Source: Crocosphaera subtropica ATCC 51142 (GTDB taxonomy: Bacteria; Cyanobacteriota; Cyanobacteriia; Cyanobacteriales; Microcystaceae). Taken from it: a stretch of DNA of 32,000 bases. Each line of letters starts with the position of its first letter. The first letter of the stretch is position 1. Below the pieces are notes generated by a model. It saw only the letters and a list, made by a program, of their open reading frames with translations. It made no database searches and was not told where the DNA came from. Below are positions 1-9,213 of the stretch, one piece after another. The position numbers and the translations under genes were made by a program. The stretch covers positions 3,390,001-3,422,000 of the forward strand of contig NC_010546.1 of assembly GCF_000017845.1 (NCBI RefSeq), in the 5' to 3' direction.

Positions 1-2499
1 ATGTTATTACGAGATAGGGTTCCCCCTGGTGTGGATGAAGCAGCTTATGTTAAAGCAGGGTTCTTAACCGCAGTCGCTAAAAAAGAAATAACCTGTCCCC
101 TCATCTCTCCTCAAGGCGCGGTAGACTTATTAGGAACCATGATGGGGGGTTATAACGTACAATCCTTAGTAAACCTCCTCAAATCTTCTGATAGTAATAT
201 TGCCGCAACCGCAGCCACCGCATTAAGCAAAACCCTGCTAGTGTTTGACGCATTTAACGATGTTTTAGAACTTTCCGAAAGCAACCCCTACGCTAAACAA
301 GTTATCGACGCATGGGCTGAAGCTTCCTGGTTTATCAATAAACCCCCAGTCCCGGAAGCTATTCGCGTCACCGTCTTTAAAGTGCCAGGAGAAACCAATA
401 CAGACGATCTATCTCCTGCCCCCCACGCCACCACTCGGCCCGATATTCCCCTCCATGCGTTAGCTATGTTAGAGTCAACCATGCCGGAAGGGATCGAAAC
501 CATTGCTAGACTGAAAGAAAAAGGCTATCCTGTGGCTTATGTTGGGGATGTAGTTGGTACCGGTTCCTCCCGTAAATCAGCTATTAACTCCGTTTTATGG
601 CACATTGGTCATGATATTCCCTTCGTCCCCAATAAACGGGCAGGCGGCTACATTTTAGGGGGGAAAATAGCCCCTATTTTCTTCAATACTGCCGAAGACT
701 CCGGCGCATTTCCCATTGAATGCGATGTGTCGGAAATGGAAACCGGTGACGTTATCATCATCTATCCCTACAAAGGAGAAGTCGCTAACGAAGAAGGAGA
801 CGTTATTGCAAATTTCACCCCCAAACCTGAGACTATTTTAGATGAAGTTCGGGCTGGGGGACGCATTCCCTTACTTATTGGCCGCGCATTAACGGATAAA
901 ACCCGTGCAGCGTTGGGACTCGAACCCAGTGATGTTTTTGTCCGTCCAATCCCCCCTTCCCCCCTTAGTAAGGGGGGTGTCGAAGACGGGGGGATACCTG
1001 GCTTCACTTTGGCCCAGAAAATGGTGGGTAAAGCTTGCGGTTTACCTGGGGTTCGTCCGGGAACCTCCTGTGAACCCATGATGACTACCGTTGGTTCCCA
1101 AGATACCACAGGACCCATGACAAGGGATGAGTTGAAAGAGTTAGCTTGTTTAGGGTTCAACGCAGACTTAACCCTACAAAGTTTCTGTCATACCGCAGCT
1201 TATCCCAAACCAGTTGACATCACAACCCACAAAGACTTACCGGACTTCTTTGCAACTCGTGGAGGTGTGGCGTTGAAACCCGGTGACGGTATTATTCACT
1301 CTTGGTTAAACCGGATGTTATTACCGGATACGGTGGGAACCGGAGGAGACTCTCACACCCGTTTTCCTTTGGGTATTTCTTTCCCTGCTGGTTCCGGTTT
1401 AGTGGCCTTTGCAGCAGCTTTGGGGGTGATGCCTCTCGATATGCCAGAATCAGTATTAGTTAAGTTTACTGGAAAGTTGCAACCGGGTGTAACCTTAAGA
1501 GACATTGTGAATGCTATTCCTTGGGTTGCCATTCAAGAAGGTAAGCTAACTGTTGCCAAAGAGAACAAAATTAATGTTTTCAATGGTCGTATTATGGAGA
1601 TGGAAGGATTACCTGATTTAAAAGTAGAACAGGCTTTTGAATTAACCGATGCTACCGCAGAAAGGTCCTGTGCAGGGTCTACAATTAAGTTAGGAAAAGA
1701 CACCATCGCTGAATATTTACGCTCCAATATTTCCTTAATTAAAAATATGGTGGCACGGGGTTATCAAGACTCCAGAACCTTAATGCGTCGGGCTGCAAAA
1801 ATGGAGGAATGGTTAAAAAATCCCGTCTTAATGGAGGCTGATGAAACAGCAGAGTATGCTGATGTTATCGAAGTCAACTTAAACGAGATTAAAGAACCTA
1901 TTGTAGCTGCACCGAACGATCCCGATAATGTTAAATTAATGTCAGAATGTGCAGGGGATAAAGTAGATGAGGTATTCATCGGTTCCTGTATGACCAATAT
2001 TGGACATTACCGCGCGGCTGCCAAAATTTTAGAAGGGGCAGGACGGATTAAATCTGTTTTATGGATTTGTCCCCCCACCCGAATGGATGAAAAACAGTTG
2101 CGTGAAGAAGGGGTTTATGGTGTGTTTGCTGCTGCTGGTGCCAGGACAGAAATGCCGGGATGTTCTCTATGTATGGGCAACCAAGCAAGAGTAGAAGACA
2201 ATGCGACGGTGTTTTCAACCTCTACCCGTAACTTTAATAATCGTATGGGTAAAGGGGCGCAAGTTTACCTCGGTTCTGCGGAGTTAGCTGCGGTGTGTGC
2301 TTTATTAGGAAAAATCCCCACCGTTGAGGAATACATGGAGATTGTCACCCAAAAAATTGACCCCTTTGCTGATGAATTGTACCGTTATTTGAACTTTGAT
2401 CAAATGACAGGATTTGAAGACGAAGGGCGAGTTATTCCCTTAGACGAAATGCCCAAAATCGAAGATATTTTAGGCATTCCAGCAGGAGCTTTAAGTTAA
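1..2499 (+). CDS. acnB: aconitate hydratase 2 / 2-methylisocitrate dehydratase (AcnB-type), 5'-partial at window edge
   Basis: A continuous 832-codon frame runs from the window edge. [21 protein letters not shown] and the Fe-S ligand contexts IGSCMTN and [10 protein letters not shown] are AcnB-like. From memory of E. coli AcnB, nt 1 lies roughly 40-45 codons into the gene, so the ATG at nt 1 is probably internal. Confidence 0.9.
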   Translation: MLLRDRVPPGVDEAAYVKAGFLTAVAKKEITCPLISPQGAVDLLGTMMGGYNVQSLVNLLKSSDSNIAATAATALSKTLLVFDAFNDVLELSESNPYAKQVIDAWAEASWFINKPPVPEAIRVTVFKVPGETNTDDLSPAPHATTRPDIPLHALAMLESTMPEGIETIARLKEKGYPVAYVGDVVGTGSSRKSAINSVLWHIGHDIPFVPNKRAGGYILGGKIAPIFFNTAEDSGAFPIECDVSEMETGDVIIIYPYKGEVANEEGDVIANFTPKPETILDEVRAGGRIPLLIGRALTDKTRAALGLEPSDVFVRPIPPSPLSKGGVEDGGIPGFTLAQKMVGKACGLPGVRPGTSCEPMMTTVGSQDTTGPMTRDELKELACLGFNADLTLQSFCHTAAYPKPVDITTHKDLPDFFATRGGVALKPGDGIIHSWLNRMLLPDTVGTGGDSHTRFPLGISFPAGSGLVAFAAALGVMPLDMPESVLVKFTGKLQPGVTLRDIVNAIPWVAIQEGKLTVAKENKINVFNGRIMEMEGLPDLKVEQAFELTDATAERSCAGSTIKLGKDTIAEYLRSNISLIKNMVARGYQDSRTLMRRAAKMEEWLKNPVLMEADETAEYADVIEVNLNEIKEPIVAAPNDPDNVKLMSECAGDKVDEVFIGSCMTNIGHYRAAAKILEGAGRIKSVLWICPPTRMDEKQLREEGVYGVFAAAGARTEMPGCSLCMGNQARVEDNATVFSTSTRNFNNRMGKGAQVYLGSAELAAVCALLGKIPTVEEYMEIVTQKIDPFADELYRYLNFDQMTGFEDEGRVIPLDEMPKIEDILGIPAGALS

Positions 2500-2503
2500 C
2501 ATC

Positions 2504-2528
2504 GTAGGGTGGGCATTGCCCACCTTAC
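2504..2528 (+). terminator. palindromic element / probable intrinsic terminator after acnB
   Basis: GTAGGGTGGGCA-T-TGCCCACCTTAC has 12-nt arms with one mismatch. It starts 5 nt after the acnB stop and is followed by a T-rich tract (tctaaattttt). Confidence 0.45.
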
Positions 2529-2553
2529 TCTAAATTTTTGAGCTAAAATTAAT

Positions 2554-2679
2554 GTGAAGTATCAGGTTAAATTTAAACCCAAAGCTATCAAAGAATTAGA
2601 AAAATTGTCGCATCGAGACAAAACTCGAATTATTGATAAAATTTAAGCAATGGCAGATAATTTATAAGGAGATATTAAG
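2554..2679 (+). pseudogene. RelE/ParE-family toxin remnant (two in-frame TAA codons, 3' end removed by the IS)
   Basis: A single frame reads (GTG)KYQVKFKPKAIKELEKLSHRDKTRIIDKI-TAA-AMADNL-TAA-GDIK. This resembles the N-terminal half of RelE/ParE toxins. In-frame stops lie at 2644-2646 and 2665-2667, and the frame ends at the IS left inverted repeat (2680). Confidence 0.55.
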
Positions 2680-2700
2680 CAGGGTAAGCTCATCTAAAAT
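2680..2700. repeat. IS terminal inverted repeat (left)
   Basis: Perfect 21-nt reverse-complement match to 4019-4039. Confidence 0.9.
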
Positions 2701-3910
2701 CCGCTTGACAGAAGGAATTGAGAACAGTCATCATATAGTTGTTGTTCATAGCAGCTTGCTTCATTTTCTGGCGAAGACTACGTTTAAATGTTTTTTCTTG
2801 ATGGAGAACATTAAGAGCCAATCGTCTTAGAAGAGCAAAGTTCTGTGGACTATATTCTGACCGAATACGGCATTGATCTTCAGAAAAAGTGACATCGAGT
2901 GTCCAATGAAGGTTATTCTCAATGCTCCAATGGGTGCGGATCGCATGGCAAAGGAATTGGGCATTGGGAGGTAAAGAGGTCAGATAAAACTGAATATCGT
3001 GGGTAGTCTTGTTCCACAAGTGACGGATGCGTTCGACTACGACAATAGTTTGCAGTCCATGCCATTGTTGTTGCTGGTAAAGCTCTCCCATAGCTGCTAC
3101 TGGTATAGCCCAAACGTATCGTTTCTCGGTGCGGTGGTGGCCCTTGGTTACACTTTTGTAGTAATCATGTTCAATGCCATCCCAGCCATTGTTTTGGGTA
3201 TCAGTAAACCATTGCTTGACTTGAGAAAATAAAGTAGGATGGTTAGCTTTGAGAGTAACAATGTAGTCAGCTTTTTGCCGACAAATTTGTTGGATAATGC
3301 TGGTTTGAGTTCCCATTGCATCAATGGTAATGATCGAGCCTGTAATGTCTAATAGTTCGAGTAAGGCAGGAATGGCCGTAATTTCATTGGAGTAGTTTTC
3401 AACTTTGACTTGTCCTAACACCAGACTCTGCTGGGATGCCCACGCTGTGACCGTATGTAAAGCGCACTGTCCGGCGTTGCGATCGTAAGAACCCCTTAAT
3501 GTTTTGCCATCGATGGGGATAATTTCTCCTTGAATTGAATTCATTATAGATTGAACCCATTTTTGTAGGCATTTTTGCAGCGATTCTGGATCAATTCTCT
3601 CAAAAACTCTTCTAAATGTGTCATCACTCGGGATTCCGTGAGGGAGTTCTAGAAACTCTGATAACCACTCCTGTTTTGCGATACCATAGTTCTCCATATC
3701 TTCCCAACCTTGGGACCCTGCAATGACTGCCAATATAGCGATCGCCAATACATCTTTAAGGAGGTGTTTTTTGCTTCTTTGTACTCTAGGATCTTCTATT
3801 TCTTTGACATAGCCTAATAAATTGTTTTGGATTTCATCAATAGATGCTATATTTCCCTTTTCCTTTTTTTTCTTACTAGATTGTTTTTGGTCTGCAAACC
3901 CCTTGGCCAT
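2690..3910 (-). CDS. ISAs1-family (H-repeat-associated type) DDE transposase
   Basis: The N-terminal DPRVQRSKKHLLKDVLAIAILAVIAGSQGWEDMENYG, the IDAMGTQ motif and the C-terminal HWSIENNLHWTLDVTFSEDQCRIR are hallmark motifs of ISAs1-family transposases. Confidence 0.85.
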   Translation of the reverse strand: MAKGFADQKQSSKKKKEKGNIASIDEIQNNLLGYVKEIEDPRVQRSKKHLLKDVLAIAILAVIAGSQGWEDMENYGIAKQEWLSEFLELPHGIPSDDTFRRVFERIDPESLQKCLQKWVQSIMNSIQGEIIPIDGKTLRGSYDRNAGQCALHTVTAWASQQSLVLGQVKVENYSNEITAIPALLELLDITGSIITIDAMGTQTSIIQQICRQKADYIVTLKANHPTLFSQVKQWFTDTQNNGWDGIEHDYYKSVTKGHHRTEKRYVWAIPVAAMGELYQQQQWHGLQTIVVVERIRHLWNKTTHDIQFYLTSLPPNAQFLCHAIRTHWSIENNLHWTLDVTFSEDQCRIRSEYSPQNFALLRRLALNVLHQEKTFKRSLRQKMKQAAMNNNYMMTVLNSFCQADFR

Positions 3911-4018
3911 GTTCTGATTCCATAATTACGAAAGTCCTAATTGTACTTTGTTTTTTTATTTTAAGTCCCTTTTTGCCTCACCTAGACTTTACTTTCTTAG
4001 TCAAGTACATTTTATACC

Positions 4019-4039
4019 ATTTTAGATGAGCTTACCCTG
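4019..4039. repeat. IS terminal inverted repeat (right)
   Basis: Perfect 21-nt reverse-complement match to 2680-2700. Confidence 0.9.
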
Positions 4040-5650
4040 GTTGCTGGTGCATATGATCAACATAAATACGAAATTATTGATGGACAACAAAGAATTGCTA
4101 CATTTACTTTATTAGTTGCTTGTTTAATTAAGTCTTATAAAACTTTAGAATTAGATACTAAAAAATCAGGTGATAATAAGAATTTGAAAATCATACAGAA
4201 ACGACATCAAGAATTATTTAGTAGATTTATTGAATTTGAACAAGAAATCCAAAGGCCATTCTCGTCTGTAGAAGTCTTGACACTATCAAAAGCAGATCAT
4301 TCTTTTTATAGTAATTTAATTCGTGATCTTCATCCTGAACCTTCAAGAGATTCACATAAAAAAATGTTATCTGCATATAAAAAAATGAATGAAACATTAA
4401 TATCAATTATGGAGCGATGTACTAATATTGAAGATAAAATAGATGATCTTGAAGTTATTCAAAAAATTTTAGATAATGACTTTACAGTATTACACATGGT
4501 CACAGATAAAAAAGAAGATGCTTTTAGATTATTTCAAGTGATAAATGATAGAGGGACAAATCTTACTGATGGAGATTTATTAAGAGCTAAAACTTTAGAA
4601 CTTTTGGAGCAATTTTATCATGATCAAAGAATTGTTGAAGAAATATGGGATTATATTTTAGCTGACTCTCCTTCAGATACCAGCGATTATTTGAATTGGA
4701 TTTATGATTCTTTTCAAGGAAAGCGACCCAAACAAAATGCTGTGTTTGATATGTTTCTTGATAAATTTTTTCCTGAACATAACAAAACTGATTTACAGGA
4801 AGAAGATGCAGAAAAAATTAGAAAAATGATGCAAGATATAAAAGAATATATTATTAGATGTAGAAAGTTAGTACAAGGACAATGGTTATATCCAGATAAG
4901 CAACCACTAACTGCTTGGGATAGAACTCGTTTAAATCTTGTCATAGTTGAACTTGGTCATACGCTATCCATTCCATTATTGCTTTCAGCATCCCAATTAG
5001 ACGATAAAAAATTTTCAGAAATCGTTCAAATGGTAGAGAGAACATTTTTTAGATATAAATTAGTTTGTAATGAGCATATAACTCCTTTAAAAAATATTTA
5101 TTCACAAGAAGCTGTTGCTATACGTAAAAATGCTCAATCTTATAATCCTGAAACTCTTAGAGAAAAATTAAATAATTTAATCCAATCAAAAACATCTGAC
5201 TCAATATTTAAGAATAATTTAAAAAATCTTAAATATCAAGAAACTGGTACGAGTAATAAACCTCTGAAATATTTTTTGATGTCTATTGAATATTATTACC
5301 AATGGTATAGCAATGGGTCAACGGGCAAGCCTCTATGTCTTGATAAAAGTAGAGTTTATGATTTTGCTGGTACATCTATAGAACATATCTATCCTCGAAA
5401 TCCGAAACAGACTGATAAGGATGATCATATTGAACCTATAAAAAATTCACTGGGTAATCTTACAATTATGGATCCTCAACAAAATGGAATAGGTGATAAT
5501 GAACCATTTTTGAGAAAAAAGACACTTTATCAACAGTCATCTGTTTTCTTAAATAAAGAAATAGGGAATAAACCTCATTGGACACTTGAAGAAATAAGCA
5601 ATCATGAAGACTTCCTGATAGATGCTGCTGTTAAAATATTCCGTCCATAA
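4040..5650 (+). pseudogene. GmrSD-like type IV restriction enzyme (DUF262 + DUF1524), 5'-truncated by the IS
   Basis: The frame is open back into the IS right end, and native sequence begins at 4040. The DGQQR motif (4079-4093, ...YEIIDGQQRIATFTLL) is present, but the upstream part of DUF262 is missing. The C-terminal SIEHIYPRNP...NSLGNLTIMDPQQN (EHIYP at 5381-5395) fits the DUF1524 His-Me finger. The TTG at 4184 in the ORF track is not a credible native start. Confidence 0.7.
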
Positions 5651-5694
5651 CATAAAAATTTGAAGCCTAAAAAATTAATTTAAAATCACTTAAT

Positions 5695-5889
5695 ATGATG
5701 AATTACCAAGATATTATCACCATAGAACCTGGAAAACGTAGCGGAAAACCCTGTATTAGAGGGATGAGAATTACTGTTTATGATGTTCTCTCTTATCTCG
5801 CTTCTGGAATGACTTATGAAGAGATTTTAGAGGAGTTTCCCTACCTAACTAAAGAAGATATTTTAGCTTGTCTTAGTTATCAAAAATAA
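5695..5889 (+). CDS. DUF433 domain protein (antitoxin-like), apparently orphan
   Basis: The 64-aa product contains IEPGKRSGKPCIRGMRITVYDVLSYLASGMTYEEILEEFPYLTKEDILACL, which is typical of DUF433. No DUF5615/PIN-like partner ORF follows it. Confidence 0.7.
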   Translation: MMNYQDIITIEPGKRSGKPCIRGMRITVYDVLSYLASGMTYEEILEEFPYLTKEDILACLSYQK

Positions 5890-5966
5890 TAAGTTTATCT
5901 TCAACTATGACTTAAGTGCGATCGCTTATAATAAACCTATCCCCTAAAATAAGTATCAGGAGGAAA

Positions 5967-6383
5967 ATGCCAGCAAAAGACATTTATCATGATGCGGTTA
6001 AAAATGCTTTAATAAAAGATGATTGGACGATTACAGCCGACCCTTATAGAATAAAATATAAAGATGCTGAATTATTTGCTGATTTAGCAGCAGAAAAACC
6101 TATTGCTGCTGAACGCAGTGGACATAAAATAGTTGTTGAAATCAAAAGCTTTTTAAGTCCTTCTCCTATGAGAGATTTTGAAATTGCTTTAGGTCAATAT
6201 ATTTTATATCGAAACTTAATCAATCTTACTGAACCAGAATACCAAATTTATTTAGCTATTAAAGATAGTATTTATGTAAACTTGTTTGAAAGAGATTCTA
6301 TCAAAGACATTACCAAAATAAATAAATTACTTTTAATTGTTGTTGATATGGAACAAGAGGAAATTTTACAATGGATAAACTAG
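5967..6383 (+). CDS. xisH: XisH family protein (fdxN element excision controlling factor-like)
   Basis: The product starts MPAKDIYHDAVKNALIKDDWTITADPYRIKY...VVEIKSF, a typical XisH N-terminus. I chose the ATG at 5967, preceded by AGGAGGA (5958-5964), rather than the GTG at 5916. Confidence 0.85.
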   Translation: MPAKDIYHDAVKNALIKDDWTITADPYRIKYKDAELFADLAAEKPIAAERSGHKIVVEIKSFLSPSPMRDFEIALGQYILYRNLINLTEPEYQIYLAIKDSIYVNLFERDSIKDITKINKLLLIVVDMEQEEILQWIN

Positions 6384-6712
6384 AAAAGTATCGCCAATCT
6401 ATCAAAAAAATTTTAACAGAATACCATGAATGGGTTTCAGGTTCATCCAATTTAACCAGAGAAAGCTGTCTTATTTTTGATGAAGTACATGACCAATATA
6501 TGTGGCTATTTATGGGATGGGAACGAAAGAAAAAAATTAGAAATATTCATGTTCATATTCGTATAAAAAATGACAAAATCCACATAGAAGAAGATTGGAC
6601 AGAGGAAGGTATCGCTAATGAGTTATTAAGAGAAGGTGTCCCCAAAGAAGATATCGTTTTAGCTTTTTATGATCCCGAAACTCGTAAATATACAGACTTT
6701 GCTACAGCTTAA
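6371..6712 (+). CDS. xisI: XisI family protein
   Basis: MDKLEKYRQSIKKILTEYHEW...HIRIKNDKIHIEEDWTEEGIANELLREGVPKEDIVLAF matches XisI. The ORF overlaps xisH by 13 nt, the usual paired arrangement. Confidence 0.85.
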   Translation: MDKLEKYRQSIKKILTEYHEWVSGSSNLTRESCLIFDEVHDQYMWLFMGWERKKKIRNIHVHIRIKNDKIHIEEDWTEEGIANELLREGVPKEDIVLAFYDPETRKYTDFATA

Positions 6713-6780
6713 ATACTCAATATTTAACGGTAGAAAATAGATATAATTGAATTATTCAAGTTAAACGATGAAAGAGGATA

Positions 6781-7239
6781 ATGATGTATAAAAAAATATT
6801 AGTGGCGTTAGCTTCTACTGATGACTGTCAAACGCTTTTTCCTAAAGCATTAACAATAGCGAAACAAAATAACAGTCTTTTAAAGCTATTTCATTGTATT
6901 AATACAGAGGTTTATTTTACCCCTTACGGAACCTTTACCACAGAAGAAGTGACTCAGCTACTTCCTCAATGGCAAGATAGTTTAGAAGGAGAACAACAAC
7001 AAACAAAACAATGGTTAACAGAATACACTCAAAAAGCATTCTCAGAAGGGGTTACTGCAGAATGGGATTGTACCATGGGAAATCCTAGTTCTTCTATTGT
7101 TAAATTAGCAAAAAATTGGGAAGCAGACCTCATTATTATAGGACGTAGAGGATTAACCGGTTTAGAGGAAATGTTATTAGGCAGTGTCAGTAATTATGTG
7201 GTTCATCATGCAAATTGTAGTGTCTTATTAATTCAATAA
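6781..7239 (+). CDS. universal stress protein (UspA family)
   Basis: KKILVALASTDD is at the N-terminus. The C-terminal DLIIIGRRGLTGLEEMLLGSVSNYVVHHANCSVLLI is the USP ATP-binding motif region. Confidence 0.85.
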   Translation: MMYKKILVALASTDDCQTLFPKALTIAKQNNSLLKLFHCINTEVYFTPYGTFTTEEVTQLLPQWQDSLEGEQQQTKQWLTEYTQKAFSEGVTAEWDCTMGNPSSSIVKLAKNWEADLIIIGRRGLTGLEEMLLGSVSNYVVHHANCSVLLIQ

Positions 7240-7353
7240 CTTTATAACAAGATTCCTCGTTTCCTCGGAATGATAATTTAAACCTAAAAATGATAAAAAA
7301 AGCCATGAGCTATAATAAGTTCATGACTCAATTATCAGAAAAGAAAGATGTTT

Positions 7354-7884
7354 TTAGTTCATAATTCTAACAGCAATGGTACTGGTATTAAAGTTATAAT
7401 CTTTCCCTTCTAACTCGATTAAAGTACCAATTTTAACTTTTTGTTGGCCCACAACTGCGCCGGTATCGGTAATTTGTGCATCCCCTCTTAACGTGAGAAT
7501 CATGTCTTGAAAATAAACAACTTCTGGTCTAGGATCAGGGAGAGCTTTAACGGAGCCATCCGGCTGAGGCACGACGGTGGTTCGAGGAAGGGGTTTAATG
7601 TCTTTAATCTCGAACTCCCCAGAGGGTTGATTACGGATAACGATATTCGTCTTTTTCGTCTCACTAAACTGGTTGATTAGTGCATCAGGATCACTGACTG
7701 CTAAACCCCGTACGATAACATCGACTTCGATGGGTTTACTAGCAACCTGAGCAATGGTACTGGTTCCGGACTTGCCAGGAACGACAAAAATACCCACAAT
7801 TACCAAGAAAATGGCTAAAGCTGCCCCTAAGTCTAGGATACTAATTTTTCCGAATAAACGGCCTTTAGAATCTAATAGTTTCAT
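7354..7884 (-). CDS. DUF4330-like membrane-anchored protein
   Basis: The N-terminus reads MKLLDSKGRLFGKISILDLGAALAIFLVIVGIFVVPG (a TM helix), which I recall as characteristic of the cyanobacterial DUF4330 family. The assignment is from memory only. Confidence 0.55.
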   Translation of the reverse strand: MKLLDSKGRLFGKISILDLGAALAIFLVIVGIFVVPGKSGTSTIAQVASKPIEVDVIVRGLAVSDPDALINQFSETKKTNIVIRNQPSGEFEIKDIKPLPRTTVVPQPDGSVKALPDPRPEVVYFQDMILTLRGDAQITDTGAVVGQQKVKIGTLIELEGKDYNFNTSTIAVRIMN

Positions 7885-8092
7885 AAATATACTTCTGTTT
7901 GTGTGAAAAGTAGGGTTATAACAAGATAGTCAACTGTCTTTTCTATGGACAATAGACAAATTGCAGCAATTCTATCATAGTCTTTACCGATTGAGTATGA
8001 ATGACGGTTATTTAAGTCAAAAGTATCCCGAACCCTAGAGAAATTGCTATGCTAAAGATAAATTAATTAATTAATGAGGAAAAGAAGGTTTT

Positions 8093-8494
8093 ATGAATTA
8101 CTTTAAATTAATGATGTTTCTAGGAATTTTTTCTACTATCCTACCTTTTAGTTTTCCGAGTATTGCTTTAGAAACTAATGTTAATATTAATAGGATAGAA
8201 ATTGCTCAAAACAGAGATCCAGAAACCTATGTTAAAGTTCAAGATATGAATAGTTTAGTGATGCAAATAGACGAAGGAGAATACAGATTTAGAGGTATAT
8301 TAAAACGGGCAGGGTCAACAGAATTTGTCGGGAATGATCGTCAATCTCGCGTAATTTTTAATCCTTACAATGGTCATATACAAGTTTTTAATGTTGCCAC
8401 AGGAACGGAATTTTATAACTATTATATTGATCCTGTTTCTGGTGTAGGAGAAGATCCTAGTACCATGTGTGATCCTGATACAGAACCCTGTTAA
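8093..8494 (+). CDS. hypothetical secreted protein
   Basis: The 133-aa ORF has a signal-peptide-like N-terminus (MNYFKLMMFLGIFSTILPFSFPSIA) and a purine-rich tract upstream of the ATG. I do not recognise a family. Confidence 0.5.
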   Translation: MNYFKLMMFLGIFSTILPFSFPSIALETNVNINRIEIAQNRDPETYVKVQDMNSLVMQIDEGEYRFRGILKRAGSTEFVGNDRQSRVIFNPYNGHIQVFNVATGTEFYNYYIDPVSGVGEDPSTMCDPDTEPC

Positions 8495-8547
8495 ATGTCA
8501 TAATATAATTAGCTCTAAAATTATTGTTTTTAATTAAGACTAAATCT

Positions 8548-9198
8548 ATGCAAACTCAAAATACATCTCGTAGCAATTCTTCTCCTATTATTCCATCTTT
8601 TCCTGATAGAGTAGCTATGGTTACTCGTACCACTAAAGAAACTGATGTACAAGTTAGTTTAAATTTAGATGGTCAAGGAAATTGTACAGCAGAAACAGGT
8701 ATTCCTTTTCTTGATCATATGTTACATCAAATTGCTTCTCATGGCTTAATTGACTTAGAAATTAAAGCAACAGGAGACATTGAAATTGATGATCATCATA
8801 CCAACGAAGACGTAGGAATAACGTTGGGTCAAGCATTAGGAAAAGCATTAGGCGATCGCAAAGGAATTGTCCGGTTTGGTCACTTTTTAGCCCCCTTAGA
8901 TGAAGCTTTAGTTCAAGTTGCTTTAGACTTTTCTGGACGACCTTATTTAAGTTATGGTTTGCAAATTCCTACTGAAAGAGTAGGGACTTATGATACACAA
9001 TTAGTGAGAGAATTTTTTGTTGCTATTGTTAATCATAGTCAGATGACGCTACATATTAAACAACTAGACGGAATCAATTCCCATCATATCATAGAAGCGA
9101 CCTTTAAAGCCTTTGCCAGATCCATGAGAATGGCCTTAGAAATTGATCCCCGTCGCGCCCATTCTATCCCTAGTTCAAAAGGAGTTTTGATGGCTTAA
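8548..9198 (+). CDS. hisB: imidazoleglycerol-phosphate dehydratase
   Basis: [49 protein letters not shown] and [16 protein letters not shown] are IGPD signatures. I prefer the ATG at 8548 over the upstream TTG at 8524. Confidence 0.9.
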   Translation: MQTQNTSRSNSSPIIPSFPDRVAMVTRTTKETDVQVSLNLDGQGNCTAETGIPFLDHMLHQIASHGLIDLEIKATGDIEIDDHHTNEDVGITLGQALGKALGDRKGIVRFGHFLAPLDEALVQVALDFSGRPYLSYGLQIPTERVGTYDTQLVREFFVAIVNHSQMTLHIKQLDGINSHHIIEATFKAFARSMRMALEIDPRRAHSIPSSKGVLMA

Positions 9199-9213
9199 TT
9201 TTTGATCCTCCCA

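Larger units (their letters stand above)
2680..4039 (-). mobile_element. ISAs1-family insertion sequence (about 1.36 kb) with perfect 21-bp terminal inverted repeats
   Basis: CAGGGTAAGCTCATCTAAAAT at 2680-2700 is the exact reverse complement of 4019-4039. The repeats enclose a single 406-aa transposase ORF. Confidence 0.85.

Noticed and set aside
1-3. The ATG at nt 1 as the true acnB start codon.
   Set aside because: The [17 protein letters not shown] motif lies tens of residues into known AcnB proteins, so the gene almost certainly continues upstream of the window.
288-1997. Minus-strand ORFs 288-503, 768-1160, 1533-1727 and 1764-1997.
   Set aside because: They lie entirely antisense to the strongly recognisable AcnB frame. 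They have odd composition and no recognisable motifs.
2633-2830. A plus-strand 65-aa ORF.
   Set aside because: It runs across the IS left inverted repeat into the antisense of the transposase gene. It is a chance frame created by the junction.
2919-3232. ORFs 2919-3113 (-) and 2999-3232 (+) inside the IS.
   Set aside because: They are alternative or antisense frames within the ISAs1 transposase gene and have no supporting motifs.
4184-4186. The TTG at 4184 as the start of an intact 488-aa protein.
   Set aside because: The same frame stays open upstream through the DGQQR motif and into the IS end. The gene is a 5'-truncated DUF262/DUF1524 remnant, not a complete CDS.
4714-4944. A minus-strand 76-aa ORF.
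   Set aside because: It is antisense to the GmrSD-like frame, and the Cys/Ser/Phe-rich product is typical of an A+T-rich antisense artefact.
5967-6712. Interpreting xisH/xisI as marking an fdxN-type developmentally excised element.
   Set aside because: No XisF-like recombinase, element borders or interrupted target gene are visible in the window.
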